IMG/VR virus record: IMGVR_UViG_3300011442_000001
Coordinates: 28,948-92,947 of that record
Length of the DNA stretch: 64,000 bases
From: a virus
Lineage: Duplodnaviria; Caudoviricetes
Reading direction: 5' to 3' (one strand)
Shown: one piece after another, positions 28,945-37,407 of the stretch
Numbering within the stretch: the first letter of the stretch is position 1
Layout of the letters: each line of letters starts with the position of its first letter
The notes under the pieces: model-generated
What the model saw: the letters and a program-made list of their open reading frames with translations, nothing else
What the model was told of the DNA's origin: nothing
Databases searched by the model: none
Program-made: the position numbers and the translations under genes

Positions 28945-29978
28945 TAATCCTCCAATACTTCGTCTGTTATTTCGTCTTCCAAATCGTTTAGCAAATCGGC
29001 AATGTTTGTTTGGTAATTCACTATATTATACACCCTCTCTGTTATCCTGTCAAGGGTTTCCTTAGAATTCATTAATTTCTCTCTGGTCTCTGCCTTTCCC
29101 TTTCCTAGGTTTATATCCTCAAACTTGTAGTAAGGGCCGTTCATTGTCATGACACCCAACAGCTTTGCGAAGTCTAGAAGGTCTGACATATAATCAATGC
29201 CCTGCCCAAAGATGATAGGAATGGTGAAACTTCTCAAAGGTGGGGCTAACTTGTTCTTCTTAACTGTGAACTTGGTTAGGATACCAACAATCTCTTTGCC
29301 TCTTGTAAGCTTGTCACCCTTTCTAAGGGCTACAATTACCGCTGACTCGTGTTGAAGCTGGTGACCTCCCGGCATCTTGTAGTCTTTGACATATGAACCT
29401 ACGTTATCACGAACTTGATTTACGACAAGAACAGCTACGCCCGTTGTTCTAATAGCGTATACGTTGCGCTTGATAAACCTTCCAACCAATTTAGGAAGCT
29501 GGCCCATTGTATCTTTATCAAATTCAACTTCTTTTTCTTTTTTGGACGCCATAGCACCTATAGAATCTATTACAACCAGTTCAAATTCTTGAGATTCTAT
29601 TCCCTTCTCTGCCATCATAAAAGCATCCTCTGCCGAGTCAGGAGAAAGGATTGTGATGTTTTCTGTTTTAGTATCTTCCCCAAGAACAGCTTTTAGAAGA
29701 GATGTATTCAGCAGATTCTCCACGTCAATGTAAAGAACTTTACCGTCTGCATTTGCTACTTGCTTGGCAGTATTCAAAGCCACAGTAGTTTTTCCACTAC
29801 CTTCAGGGCCATATACTGTAGTAATCATTCCTCTAGGAATTCCTCCTACCCCTATGGAAGTATCCAAAGATAGACAGCCAGTGGAAATTGCCTCAATCTT
29901 TTTTGTATGATTATCTAGAACCTGCTCACCAAATTTTTCCAGAATATATTCATTGAAACTCTTTCCTTTTTTAGTCAA
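28944..29978 (-). CDS. recA: RecA/UvsX recombinase
   Basis: ISTG..LD..G.GGIPRG, GPEGSGKTT, DSI, NQVR, PGG, KNK.APP; likely TTG start near 29978. Confidence 0.95.
   Translation of the reverse strand: MTKKGKSFNEYILEKFGEQVLDNHTKKIEAISTGCLSLDTSIGVGGIPRGMITTVYGPEGSGKTTVALNTAKQVANADGKVLYIDVENLLNTSLLKAVLGEDTKTENITILSPDSAEDAFMMAEKGIESQEFELVVIDSIGAMASKKEKEVEFDKDTMGQLPKLVGRFIKRNVYAIRTTGVAVLVVNQVRDNVGSYVKDYKMPGGHQLQHESAVIVALRKGDKLTRGKEIVGILTKFTVKKNKLAPPLRSFTIPIIFGQGIDYMSDLLDFAKLLGVMTMNGPYYKFEDINLGKGKAETREKLMNSKETLDRITERVYNIVNYQTNIADLLNDLEDEITDEVLED
29025..29053 (-). promoter_or_regulatory. Sigma70-type promoter inside the 3' end of recA
   Basis: TTGACA-17 nt-TATAAT. Confidence 0.75.
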
Positions 29979-30143
29979 CTTTCTCTTCCTTTCTGTATAA
30001 GAATGCTTGTACTTGAGGCACTGTAGAATAGAAATCATGTAAAATCTTTATGGCGTCTCCGGTCTTTATAACGGTATCTTCCACAAATACGAGGGAAACA
30101 GTAAATGTCTCCATGCCGTCCTGCTGGTAATATATTTTTACTT

Positions 30144-30401
30144 TTAACTCTTCTTGCATTCTACCTCTGCTGTAATCAAAATTGTCAGGGCTGTATACCG
30201 AGAACCCTTGATGGGAAGGGTAATATCTCTTTGATATTTTATCATATCAATAGCCAATCCCGTTTCTTTCTCATAGTCTGTTATCATGTCGGCTATGGTT
30301 TTTTCTAGTTCTCTCTTTTTATCGAAAGCCTTTCTTATTCTTTCTACCTCTTGCCCCACACTCCTTGTAGTTACTAACTCAAATTGGTTCATATGTTCCA
30401 T
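30144..30401 (-). CDS. Hypothetical protein
   Basis: 85-aa ORF after the polymerase. Confidence 0.5.
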   Translation of the reverse strand: MEHMNQFELVTTRSVGQEVERIRKAFDKKRELEKTIADMITDYEKETGLAIDMIKYQRDITLPIKGSRYTALTILITAEVECKKS

Positions 30402-30403
30402 TT

Positions 30404-32275
30404 TTACTTACTCCATCTTGTCTTTAGTACATCGTCTGCCTTTGCAGGTATCGAGCCTAAGAACCTTTGTTCTACTTCCTCCATTGTTTCCTTCATGAAC
30501 TTTATTGCTTCATGTTTTACACTATCATGAACCATTGCAACTAGTTCATCATGGATTTGCAATAGCAGTCTAAAGTTTCTTCCAAAAGGGTTTCTCTTGG
30601 AAATTTCTATCATGGCTAACTTTATAACGTCAGCGCCACCTCCCTGAATAATACAATTCTTTCCTTCACGAAGAACTCTCGCTTGCCACTTATCAAATTG
30701 TTTCATTGACATATAAGTAGGTTTTGGAAGATTATATCTTCTTCTTCCAATTGGAGTTATGGAATATCCCTTTTCCAAAATCAGTCTTCCGGCACTCTCC
30801 ATAAACTTCTGTAATTGTGGATAACCGTTCCAGAAGTTATCTATAATCTCTTTAGCTTCTGGAATGGAAATCTTTAGATTATGATGTAGACCGAACTCCG
30901 TGCTACCATACAGAATGGCAAAATTAACTGTCTTGCCTCTACTACGTTCGTCTTTTGTTACTTCCTGCTTTCCGTAAAGAATCTGAGCAGTAGCAGTATG
31001 CATGTCGGAACCATTTTGATATGCCTCTATAATTCTAGGTTCTTTGCTTATAGCTCCGGCAAGTCTATATTCTTCCTGAGAATAATCAACTGCCGCAAAT
31101 ACAAATTCTTCGTCAGGAATAAAACATTCTCTGTATCCTCCATGAGTAGGTACGTTCTGCATGTTTGGATTCTTGGAAGAGAAGCGCCCTGTTCTGGTTC
31201 CTGTTGTGAAATACTCCGTATGTATCTTTCCAGTAACCGGATGGATTAGTTCCACAACATTTTTACCGTAAGCATCTATCTGCTTGTTGACACCACGAAT
31301 TAACAATAGCTGGTCAATGACAGGCTCTCCTGCATATTCCTGTATGGTTTTCTCGTTGGTATTCTTGGCAGGTATTCCCATAAGATTAATAACGGAAAGC
31401 ATTTGTTGCCAAGATTTAGGATTGAAGTTTTCCACAAACCATTGTCTCATAAAGGATGTATCTGTTACTTCCTCCAGAGACTTTCTTCTGGCCTTACCAG
31501 TTACAGGAATGGATAATTTTTCTGCCAGCCTTAGACCGTTCTCTGCCTTCAAAGTCATGGCAAAATCAGCTATCATTTCCTTTAGCTCCCCGGTCATTCT
31601 ATCTCTTAGCTGTACAGCACTGCGTTCTACTTCCAGCCAAGCAGGAGCATCCAACCTAATCCCGTCTATCTCCATTTGAGCAACTACAGGAGTTAGTTCA
31701 TTTTCTACGTTGATAACATAAGTCTGATGAGTCTCTTCCAACTGCTTCATCTGCTCTTGGTAAATCAAAGGAAGAACTATAACATCCAAAGCAGAGTACT
31801 GCAACATTCTCTCAGTGAAAGGTTTATCGTCTGGGAAGTTTATGAAATCATTTCTGGATTCTTTATCCATAAAATAATCTGTGTATTTTTCCACCAGAGT
31901 AACAAGACTATAGAACGACTCTCCCTTTCCGGCATTCAAAACTACTTCTGCTGTCTGTGTATCGTAAATATGGGTAAGAAGAATTCCAGTGGCAAACTGG
32001 ATAAACTTCATGTCGAATTTGGCATTGTGGAAGATAAGAGTATTCTTTCCTACTTCCAAGTATCTGATAATTCTTTCCAGTATACTGTACCCAACCTTAC
32101 GTACATCAACTATATAAGTCTGCTCTCCCAAATGCAATTGCAGAAGAAGAATCTTATCAAGCATCCAGTCAAGTCCTGTGGTTTCTGTATCTGCACCAAT
32201 TACCCCTTGATGCTTTATAATTTCTAGAATAAGTTCATCTACTTCTTCTTCTGTATCCAGAACTTTATATAGCAT
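30404..32275 (-). CDS. polA: Family A DNA polymerase (3'-5' exonuclease plus polymerase)
   Basis: DTET, HNAKFD, TGRFSS..PN.QN.P, DYSQ.E.R, R..K..NF..LYG, QIHDE. Confidence 0.95.
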   Translation of the reverse strand: MLYKVLDTEEEVDELILEIIKHQGVIGADTETTGLDWMLDKILLLQLHLGEQTYIVDVRKVGYSILERIIRYLEVGKNTLIFHNAKFDMKFIQFATGILLTHIYDTQTAEVVLNAGKGESFYSLVTLVEKYTDYFMDKESRNDFINFPDDKPFTERMLQYSALDVIVLPLIYQEQMKQLEETHQTYVINVENELTPVVAQMEIDGIRLDAPAWLEVERSAVQLRDRMTGELKEMIADFAMTLKAENGLRLAEKLSIPVTGKARRKSLEEVTDTSFMRQWFVENFNPKSWQQMLSVINLMGIPAKNTNEKTIQEYAGEPVIDQLLLIRGVNKQIDAYGKNVVELIHPVTGKIHTEYFTTGTRTGRFSSKNPNMQNVPTHGGYRECFIPDEEFVFAAVDYSQEEYRLAGAISKEPRIIEAYQNGSDMHTATAQILYGKQEVTKDERSRGKTVNFAILYGSTEFGLHHNLKISIPEAKEIIDNFWNGYPQLQKFMESAGRLILEKGYSITPIGRRRYNLPKPTYMSMKQFDKWQARVLREGKNCIIQGGGADVIKLAMIEISKRNPFGRNFRLLLQIHDELVAMVHDSVKHEAIKFMKETMEEVEQRFLGSIPAKADDVLKTRWSK

Positions 32276-32614
32276 TTATCTTCCTTTCTTTTTGTAATAT
32301 CTCCAGAATTTTCTAACCAGTTCGTCCAGAATAGTTGCATACTTTTCTTCATTGTTTTTAGTGATGGCATCCCTACCAGACCATATTATTTCGCAAAGAA
32401 CGTGAAACATTTCGTGTACTACAGTATCTTCCCTGATACCTGACTTCACGAAATGCAATTCCCCAAACAACCCATTTCTAGGACTTTCTCTGGTAGGTTC
32501 AAAATAGGCCCATCTACCCCCTCCCCAATTATTGAAAGTTTCTGGATGAACATCCCAGACAGTTACATCAATCCATTGCCTTTTCTTGTTGAAGTAGATA
32601 AGGAACTTATCCAT
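32276..32614 (-). CDS. Hypothetical protein with HExxH motif
   Basis: VVHEMFH zincin-like motif. Confidence 0.5.
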   Translation of the reverse strand: MDKFLIYFNKKRQWIDVTVWDVHPETFNNWGGGRWAYFEPTRESPRNGLFGELHFVKSGIREDTVVHEMFHVLCEIIWSGRDAITKNNEEKYATILDELVRKFWRYYKKKGR

Positions 32615-33098
32615 TGAATTCTAAATCTATGCCTTTTAGTTTTTCTTCCAACAACTTTGTACACTCTTCGTCCAAAAGAAACCAATCCATTTTCTTTAAA
32701 GTCCATTGAAGATAAAGGGGATTTTCGTTGATAACATATTCCACAGTTTTACCTTTATACTTTCCGTAGGTGAATTCCCAATTTTTCTTGAAATGATATA
32801 CTTTCTTTTCAGGAATAGGGATGTATATTTCTTTTGGGAATTCTATGTTCCAGTCTCTAGTATAGTGCTTGGATTCCTCCTCCAAAGAAAATATCATTGC
32901 TAGCATATTCAAGCAATTAGATTTACCATATTCTTTGCAATACTCGTCAATGTAAGCACCACCATCCCCATATACACAGGTTCTAGAATCCATGTAGATT
33001 CCAAAATCATCCTGCCTTCTAGCCGCTGTAAACTTCACAAAGTAAGCTACAAGGGAATCAATCTCATCCTCAGACATAGACCTCAAGTTCTTTTTCAT
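32607..33098 (-). CDS. Hypothetical protein with ExoX-C-terminal-like motif
   Basis: FTYGKYKGK......P.YL.W. Confidence 0.55.
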   Translation of the reverse strand: MKKNLRSMSEDEIDSLVAYFVKFTAARRQDDFGIYMDSRTCVYGDGGAYIDEYCKEYGKSNCLNMLAMIFSLEEESKHYTRDWNIEFPKEIYIPIPEKKVYHFKKNWEFTYGKYKGKTVEYVINENPLYLQWTLKKMDWFLLDEECTKLLEEKLKGIDLEFNG

Positions 33099-33499
33099 CC
33101 AAAATCCTTTCTACTTTACTCCCGTAGAGCAACTAGAACACGCCCACCAGATTCCTCTACAACATTCACAAATCTTGAGGAATTTAATCTTACCATCATT
33201 GTATTCTTCACTGTATGTTGTGAAACCAAAAGAACAATTTTTGCAAATAGAAATTCCCATAATCAGAACCTTTCATGAAAAGAACTAAAGTCTTCTGCCA
33301 ATAAATACAGACAGGCTATTACTTCCTTCGGATTATTAATATTAATATCAAAACCATAAAGCTTTGCGTCTCTTACAACTTCCAATCCCCTTCTATATAA
33401 GTCTTCTATTCTCTGTCTGTGTTCCATTTTCTCCAGAGTACTAGAAGACCAATGTAAATGGTCGTTCATTATAAACTCCTGACTAACACATTAGTAATA

Positions 33500-33528
33500 A
33501 GTATACCACTTAAACATTAATTTGTCAA
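33500..33528 (-). promoter_or_regulatory. Sigma70-type promoter for the replication operon
   Basis: TTGACA-17 nt-TATACT with extended -10 TG. Confidence 0.75.
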
Positions 33529-33822
33529 GTGGTATTTATTAGAAACAGGTTAGAGATTTAGCGTTGTAGTATCTGAGCTATTATAAGAAAAAGCCCAGAC
33601 AGCATCAAAAGCACACCCTCTAGCACAGTATTACTTCCCCATATCCCTGCTATTCTGGCCCCCGCACATATCAAGTATAACCCTATAAGTACGTAAAACA
33701 CGGTCATCATTCTATCTTCTCCTTAAATAAAACTAGGAAGTAGGCAGGTTTTTGACTTTCTATTTCCCGTTTAGCCGCTGACTTATACCACGTGAGTCTG
33801 GTCGGACACTACTTCCTAAAAT

Positions 33823-34101
33823 CTATTCTTCTATCTTATCTTCAAAATATATCCTATATTCAGGATACTTCTTCAAAAGTCTTTCCATAAATTCTGCGTC
33901 AGACTTTCGCTCATCTTCTTCCCTAGTATCAATCTCTGCTTTTCCTTTTTTTCTCCATTGAGAAAAGCAAATTGCTACCATTTGTTCGTTAGACCATTTT
34001 GCATCATCTTGTTTTTTGTCGTTCTCTGTGTGCATAAACCTGACGCATCTCCCCATAAAGCTGTTCTGTTTTTCGTCTTTCGCTGGTCTTGGAATTGGCA
34101 T
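33823..34101 (-). CDS. Small phage hypothetical protein
   Basis: MP.P.P...E...F..RC..Q..AIC..W; AGGAGG RBS. Confidence 0.65.
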   Translation of the reverse strand: MPIPRPAKDEKQNSFMGRCVRFMHTENDKKQDDAKWSNEQMVAICFSQWRKKGKAEIDTREEDERKSDAEFMERLLKKYPEYRIYFEDKIEE

Positions 34102-34288
34102 ATCTACCTCCTAGTTAAACAAAGAGAAGACTATTAACCCAGATATACCGATAGCAAGTAATATAATAATTACTATTGTTACTGCTAACCATCTAGGCAA
34201 TGTCTTCTCTTTCTTAGGGGTATGCTGTTTTTCTGCTTTATCTCTAGTTTCTGTCGTAGGCATATCAGACTCCTTTCTCTAGAACTTA

Positions 34289-34365
34289 TGGTATGGGAGA
34301 GAGGCTTCGAACCTCCACGCACTCGCTTCCAAAGCGAGCCATCTGCCAGTTGAACGTACTCCCAT
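34289..34365 (-). tRNA. tRNA-Pro(UGG)
   Basis: Cloverleaf; CTCGC-TTTGGAA-GCGAG; encoded CCA. Confidence 0.9.
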
Positions 34366-34415
34366 ATATGCATCCGAGTTTTTTACAGAAACCCGGAAGG
34401 GAAAACTGGCAATAG

Positions 34416-34488
34416 AGCCTCCACTCAGGAGTTGAACCGAGTTCTGCCGTTTACAGGACGGCGGTTTTACCGCATAAACTACAGAGGC
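34416..34488 (-). tRNA. tRNA-Thr(UGU)
   Basis: GCCGT-CCTGTAA-ACGGC; C33. Confidence 0.8.
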
Positions 34489-34493
34489 ATTTG

Positions 34494-34576
34494 TTTGGCG
34501 GAAAGTATTTGGGAGGCTGTGACGGCGGGGTTCTCACCCGCTCGTCACAAAATTTAAAGGAACTTTCTGTGCCAAA
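34494..34576 (-). ncRNA. Y-RNA-like motif, copy 1, with internal tRNA minihelix
   Basis: GGC-ACAG-AAAGT-TCCTTTA...ACTTT-CC-GCC; loop holds a 7+5 bp minihelix. Confidence 0.75.
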
Positions 34577-34577
34577 G

Positions 34578-34649
34578 TATGTCCCAAAGGTATCGAGCCT
34601 TCCTACTCCGCTTTTCAGGCAGAAGCTAATCCATCTCAGCTAGGGACAT
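34578..34649 (-). tRNA. tRNA-Phe(GAA)
   Basis: TCTGC-CTGAAAA-GCGGA. Confidence 0.85.
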
Positions 34650-34654
34650 ATAAA

Positions 34655-34879
34655 CTATTTAATTTTTCTGGTACTACGTTTGGTAATCTTCATTTCTCCT
34701 TTATCTACAGGAGGGACATTCTTCTTGAATATTCTAATTACTCCAGCAACTTCAAAAACTAGTTCCAAAGTTCCAAGACCAATAACATAATTGAAGCTTG
34801 ACATGGAAACTGCATTGCATCCTGCCGCAGTACACATAATAACCATGCTGTGAAACAAAAGCCAAATATAGAATACCAT
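34655..34879 (-). CDS. Small membrane protein, C-x4-C family paralog
   Basis: Hydrophobic-CTAAGC-...GTLELVFE-basic tail. Confidence 0.65.
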   Translation of the reverse strand: MVFYIWLLFHSMVIMCTAAGCNAVSMSSFNYVIGLGTLELVFEVAGVIRIFKKNVPPVDKGEMKITKRSTRKIK

Positions 34880-34882
34880 TAT

Positions 34883-35050
34883 CTATTTTCCTCTTTTGTA
34901 AATTCCTATAACACCTTTTATTTCAACTACCATTTCTACCCCTCCGACCACAGCTATTGTAGCAAGGGCTTCAGGAGAACTTGGAGTACAGCCCGCCTCA
35001 TTACAGGCAATTACAATTCTCCACAGCATAAAGAATAAATATATAGTCAT
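34883..35050 (-). CDS. Small membrane protein, C-x4-C family paralog (55 aa, not in track)
   Basis: MTIYLFFMLWRIVIACNEAGC...GGVEMVVEIKGVIGIYKRGK; AAGGA RBS. Confidence 0.65.
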   Translation of the reverse strand: MTIYLFFMLWRIVIACNEAGCTPSSPEALATIAVVGGVEMVVEIKGVIGIYKRGK

Positions 35051-35067
35051 GTTAAAATTCCTTTCTA

Positions 35068-35141
35068 GGTAGCGGACACGGCAATCGAAACCGTTTTTTC
35101 AAGTTTATGAGACTTGTCAGATGCCTTACCTGCCGTCCGCA
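35068..35141 (-). tRNA. tRNA-Met(CAU), initiator-like
   Basis: CAAGT-CTCATAA-ACTTG; 1:72 mismatch. Confidence 0.8.
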
Positions 35142-35146
35142 TCGTA

Positions 35147-35311
35147 TTATTCTTTCTTTCTATAAATCCTAATTATGTTAGGGATTTCGTAAATCATTTC
35201 CAGAAGACCCAATCCTAGCATGGCTTCAAAACTACCTACGCTTATTGAATAGCAACTAGAACCTACACACTCTATGACATATATCCCCAAAGATATTATT
35301 AAAGTAATCAT
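35147..35311 (-). CDS. Small membrane protein, C-x4-C family paralog (54 aa, not in track)
   Basis: MITLIISLGIYVIECVGSSC...GLLEMIYEIPNIIRIYRKKE. Confidence 0.65.
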   Translation of the reverse strand: MITLIISLGIYVIECVGSSCYSISVGSFEAMLGLGLLEMIYEIPNIIRIYRKKE

Positions 35312-35499
35312 TTTTCTTTATCCTTATCCTTCTTCTTGGTAAGTTTTTTATAGAAACGATAGCCACCAATTTCTATAAGCAATTCCAAAAATCCAAATTG
35401 CACCATATTAGCTACAGCTTCGTAGGGAACTTGCACACATTTTCCTGTATAAGTCAGGCATTGCCATGCTAAACCAATATGCAGAATAAATACTAACAT
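35308..35499 (-). CDS. Small membrane protein, C-x6-C family paralog
   Basis: Hydrophobic-CLTYTGKC-...GFLELLIE-basic tail. Confidence 0.65.
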   Translation of the reverse strand: MLVFILHIGLAWQCLTYTGKCVQVPYEAVANMVQFGFLELLIEIGGYRFYKKLTKKKDKDKEK

Positions 35500-35596
35500 T
35501 TTAGTTTCCTATACCACACATACACCTAATCTTCTTTATGTTAGGTTTGTGGATTAGAGATATTCTTACAAGGATTAAAATTAATATTTTCATAAG

Positions 35597-35670
35597 CGGT
35601 CTGTAAGGGTCTCGAACCCTCAACCTTTGCCTTGACAGGGCAACGCTCTGACCAATTGAGCTAACAAACC
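35597..35670 (-). tRNA. tRNA-Asp(GUC)
   Basis: TTGCC-CTGTCAA-GGCAA. Confidence 0.92.
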
Positions 35671-35672
35671 AT

Positions 35673-36002
35673 TTAAAAGTCTTTCCCTAGTTGCTTTATC
35701 ATATTACAGTTGGCACATAAAGTCTGGTATCCTTCTGGATAATTATTATCTACTATCCATTTATAGAAGTTCCATCCAGAGAATTTCTTACTTCCACCCA
35801 CAGCCATTCTTTCTTCTGCTCCATTGTTGTTTATATGGTCTAGTTGTAAGGCTCTTATGTCGGAGAACCCACATTTAGCACAGATATTTCCGTAATAATT
35901 CAATACAAGAGTTTTATATCTTCTTCTATTATTTTTATTGCGAATTCTAGTTTCTTCTTTATGTTCTCCCCTGTACAGTTTAAAATAGTCCGTGCTAATC
36001 AT
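35673..36002 (-). CDS. HNH endonuclease
   Basis: CAKC..LQLDHI..LCANCN. Confidence 0.8.
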   Translation of the reverse strand: MISTDYFKLYRGEHKEETRIRNKNNRRRYKTLVLNYYGNICAKCGFSDIRALQLDHINNNGAEERMAVGGSKKFSGWNFYKWIVDNNYPEGYQTLCANCNMIKQLGKDF

Positions 36003-36041
36003 AACAAACCTCTATATCAATGAACCATTAAAAATCTTCAG

Positions 36042-36114
36042 TGTTCTCGACGGGACTCGAACCCGTATGAAGTGATTGAGAGTCACCTATGCTAGTCCTT
36101 TGCATTACAAGAAC
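36042..36114 (-). tRNA. tRNA-Glu(CUC)
   Basis: GGTGA-CTCTCAA-TCACT. Confidence 0.88.
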
Positions 36115-36118
36115 ATAT

Positions 36119-36212
36119 TTGAGAAGGTAGGTCTTTCTCCTACTAACGGTTTTCACGTTTCCAGATTGACTAGTCGCATAGACTGAGCATGTCCACTCCA
36201 TGCCGCTTCTCT
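36119..36212 (-). ncRNA. tRNA-like RNA without a canonical anticodon arm
   Basis: GAGAAG/CTTCTC acceptor-like stem; GCATG-GAGTGGA-CATGC D-like arm; GTAGG-AGAAAGA-CCTAC T-like arm. Confidence 0.55.
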
Positions 36213-36214
36213 AG

Positions 36215-36285
36215 AGAGTCCAGTCAGAATTGAACTGACCATTACGGTTTTGCAGACCGCTCCCTAACCGATTGGGTTTAGACTC
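36215..36285 (-). tRNA. tRNA-Cys(GCA)
   Basis: GCGGT-CTGCAAA-ACCGT; U73. Confidence 0.88.
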
Positions 36286-36759
36286 ATTTATTCATTATCA
36301 ATAAAACAATCAAAAGAAATACCAGTACTACAATTCTTATTACCAAGCTTTCGGGTCTTTTTCTTTCTGGAATAGGCCCGTAGCTTTTTGCTATCTTCCT
36401 TGAAGGGGGCTTAATATATTTCATTATTAAAACACCATTAGTACTAAGGGTACTGTAGTTATACAATCAAAGAATAAACATAGAGGCCAATACCACCAAG
36501 GGAACTTATATTTTCTAAATAAAACGCCTCTAGCCAGAAAAAATAAAAACATTCTTCCTCCTAACTATGACAGGTCATGCAGACCCATTGTTCTTTTCTC
36601 ACAATAAACACAATAGAGCGGAGCAAAGATGAATTGAGGTTTCATTTGTAATAAACTTTTCTAAGGAGGTCAGCAAGCTTATCTATCAGAAGTGAATTTC
36701 TATTGTCCAAAAATCTAATAAATCTTTTCATGCAATTTCCTTTATTGGGCATCTAGCAG

Positions 36760-36831
36760 TATCTCACTAGCGACTCGAACGCCAATTGCGAAGTTCGTAG
36801 CTTCGTATCCTATCCTTTGAATGAGTGAGAC
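36760..36831 (-). tRNA. tRNA-Arg(ACG)
   Basis: CGAAG-CTACGAA-CTTCG; overlaps the HNH 3' end. Confidence 0.88.
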
Positions 36832-37178
36832 ATTTTGTATTTTCTAAAATTTCCACGTTTAGCAGTTATTCTTTTATGACAATTAGCACAACGAACTTCA
36901 CACTTTCCTATCTCTTTTTGTAATCGTTCTAAACTACAATTGTATAGACTGGCAATGTTAGCTTCTTTAGTTCCCGTAACGTGGTCAAATTCTAAAACGA
37001 TTGGGTCAGTTTCTCCACAATCAACACACGGATGTTCAGATAGATATTTGTCTATGTGTTCAAAGTTTCTTTTAGTTACAGTTTCTTTATTTCTTCTAGC
37101 CTTATCCAAATAGTATTGTTTATTTTCTTTATAATGCTTTTTTCTATTTTGTAACTGTTTCTCTCTGTCTTTGTACAT
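36810..37178 (-). CDS. HNH endonuclease
   Basis: CVDCG..LEFDHV..KCEVRCANCH. Confidence 0.88.
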   Translation of the reverse strand: MYKDREKQLQNRKKHYKENKQYYLDKARRNKETVTKRNFEHIDKYLSEHPCVDCGETDPIVLEFDHVTGTKEANIASLYNCSLERLQKEIGKCEVRCANCHKRITAKRGNFRKYKMSHSFKG

Positions 37179-37180
37179 AC

Positions 37181-37204
37181 TCTTATCCGTTGAACGATAG
37201 ATGC
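37181..37204 (-). pseudogene. 5' remnant of an earlier tRNA-Arg
   Basis: GCATCTA-TC-GTTCAACGGATAAGA; the complementary 3' remnant TAGATGC-CCA is at 36746-36755. Confidence 0.7.
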
Positions 37205-37321
37205 ATTTTACTTAGTATTTTTTCTTTTGCTTTCAGCTTTGGCAAAAGCAACTCCCAATAAGAATGATGTAAGCATGTAGAAAATGATTTCGCTTATTGG
37301 CATAATTTATTCCTTTCTAGG

Positions 37322-37407
37322 CGGAAGATGAGGGATTCGAACCCCCACCCCGAAATGACGGGGGAAAGTTTAGCAAACTTTTGTGATAACCGTTACACCA
37401 ATCTTCC
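37322..37407 (-). tRNA. tRNA-Ser(GCU)
   Basis: AAAGT-TTGCTAA-ACTTT; long variable arm; G73. Confidence 0.9.

Noticed and set aside
13803-32275. Inteins or introns in TerL, DnaB, RecA and PolA
   Set aside because: Lengths and motif spacing are normal; no splice motifs seen
1219-33000. Short plus-strand ORFs opposite the structural and replication genes
   Set aside because: Antisense shadows of well-supported minus-strand genes
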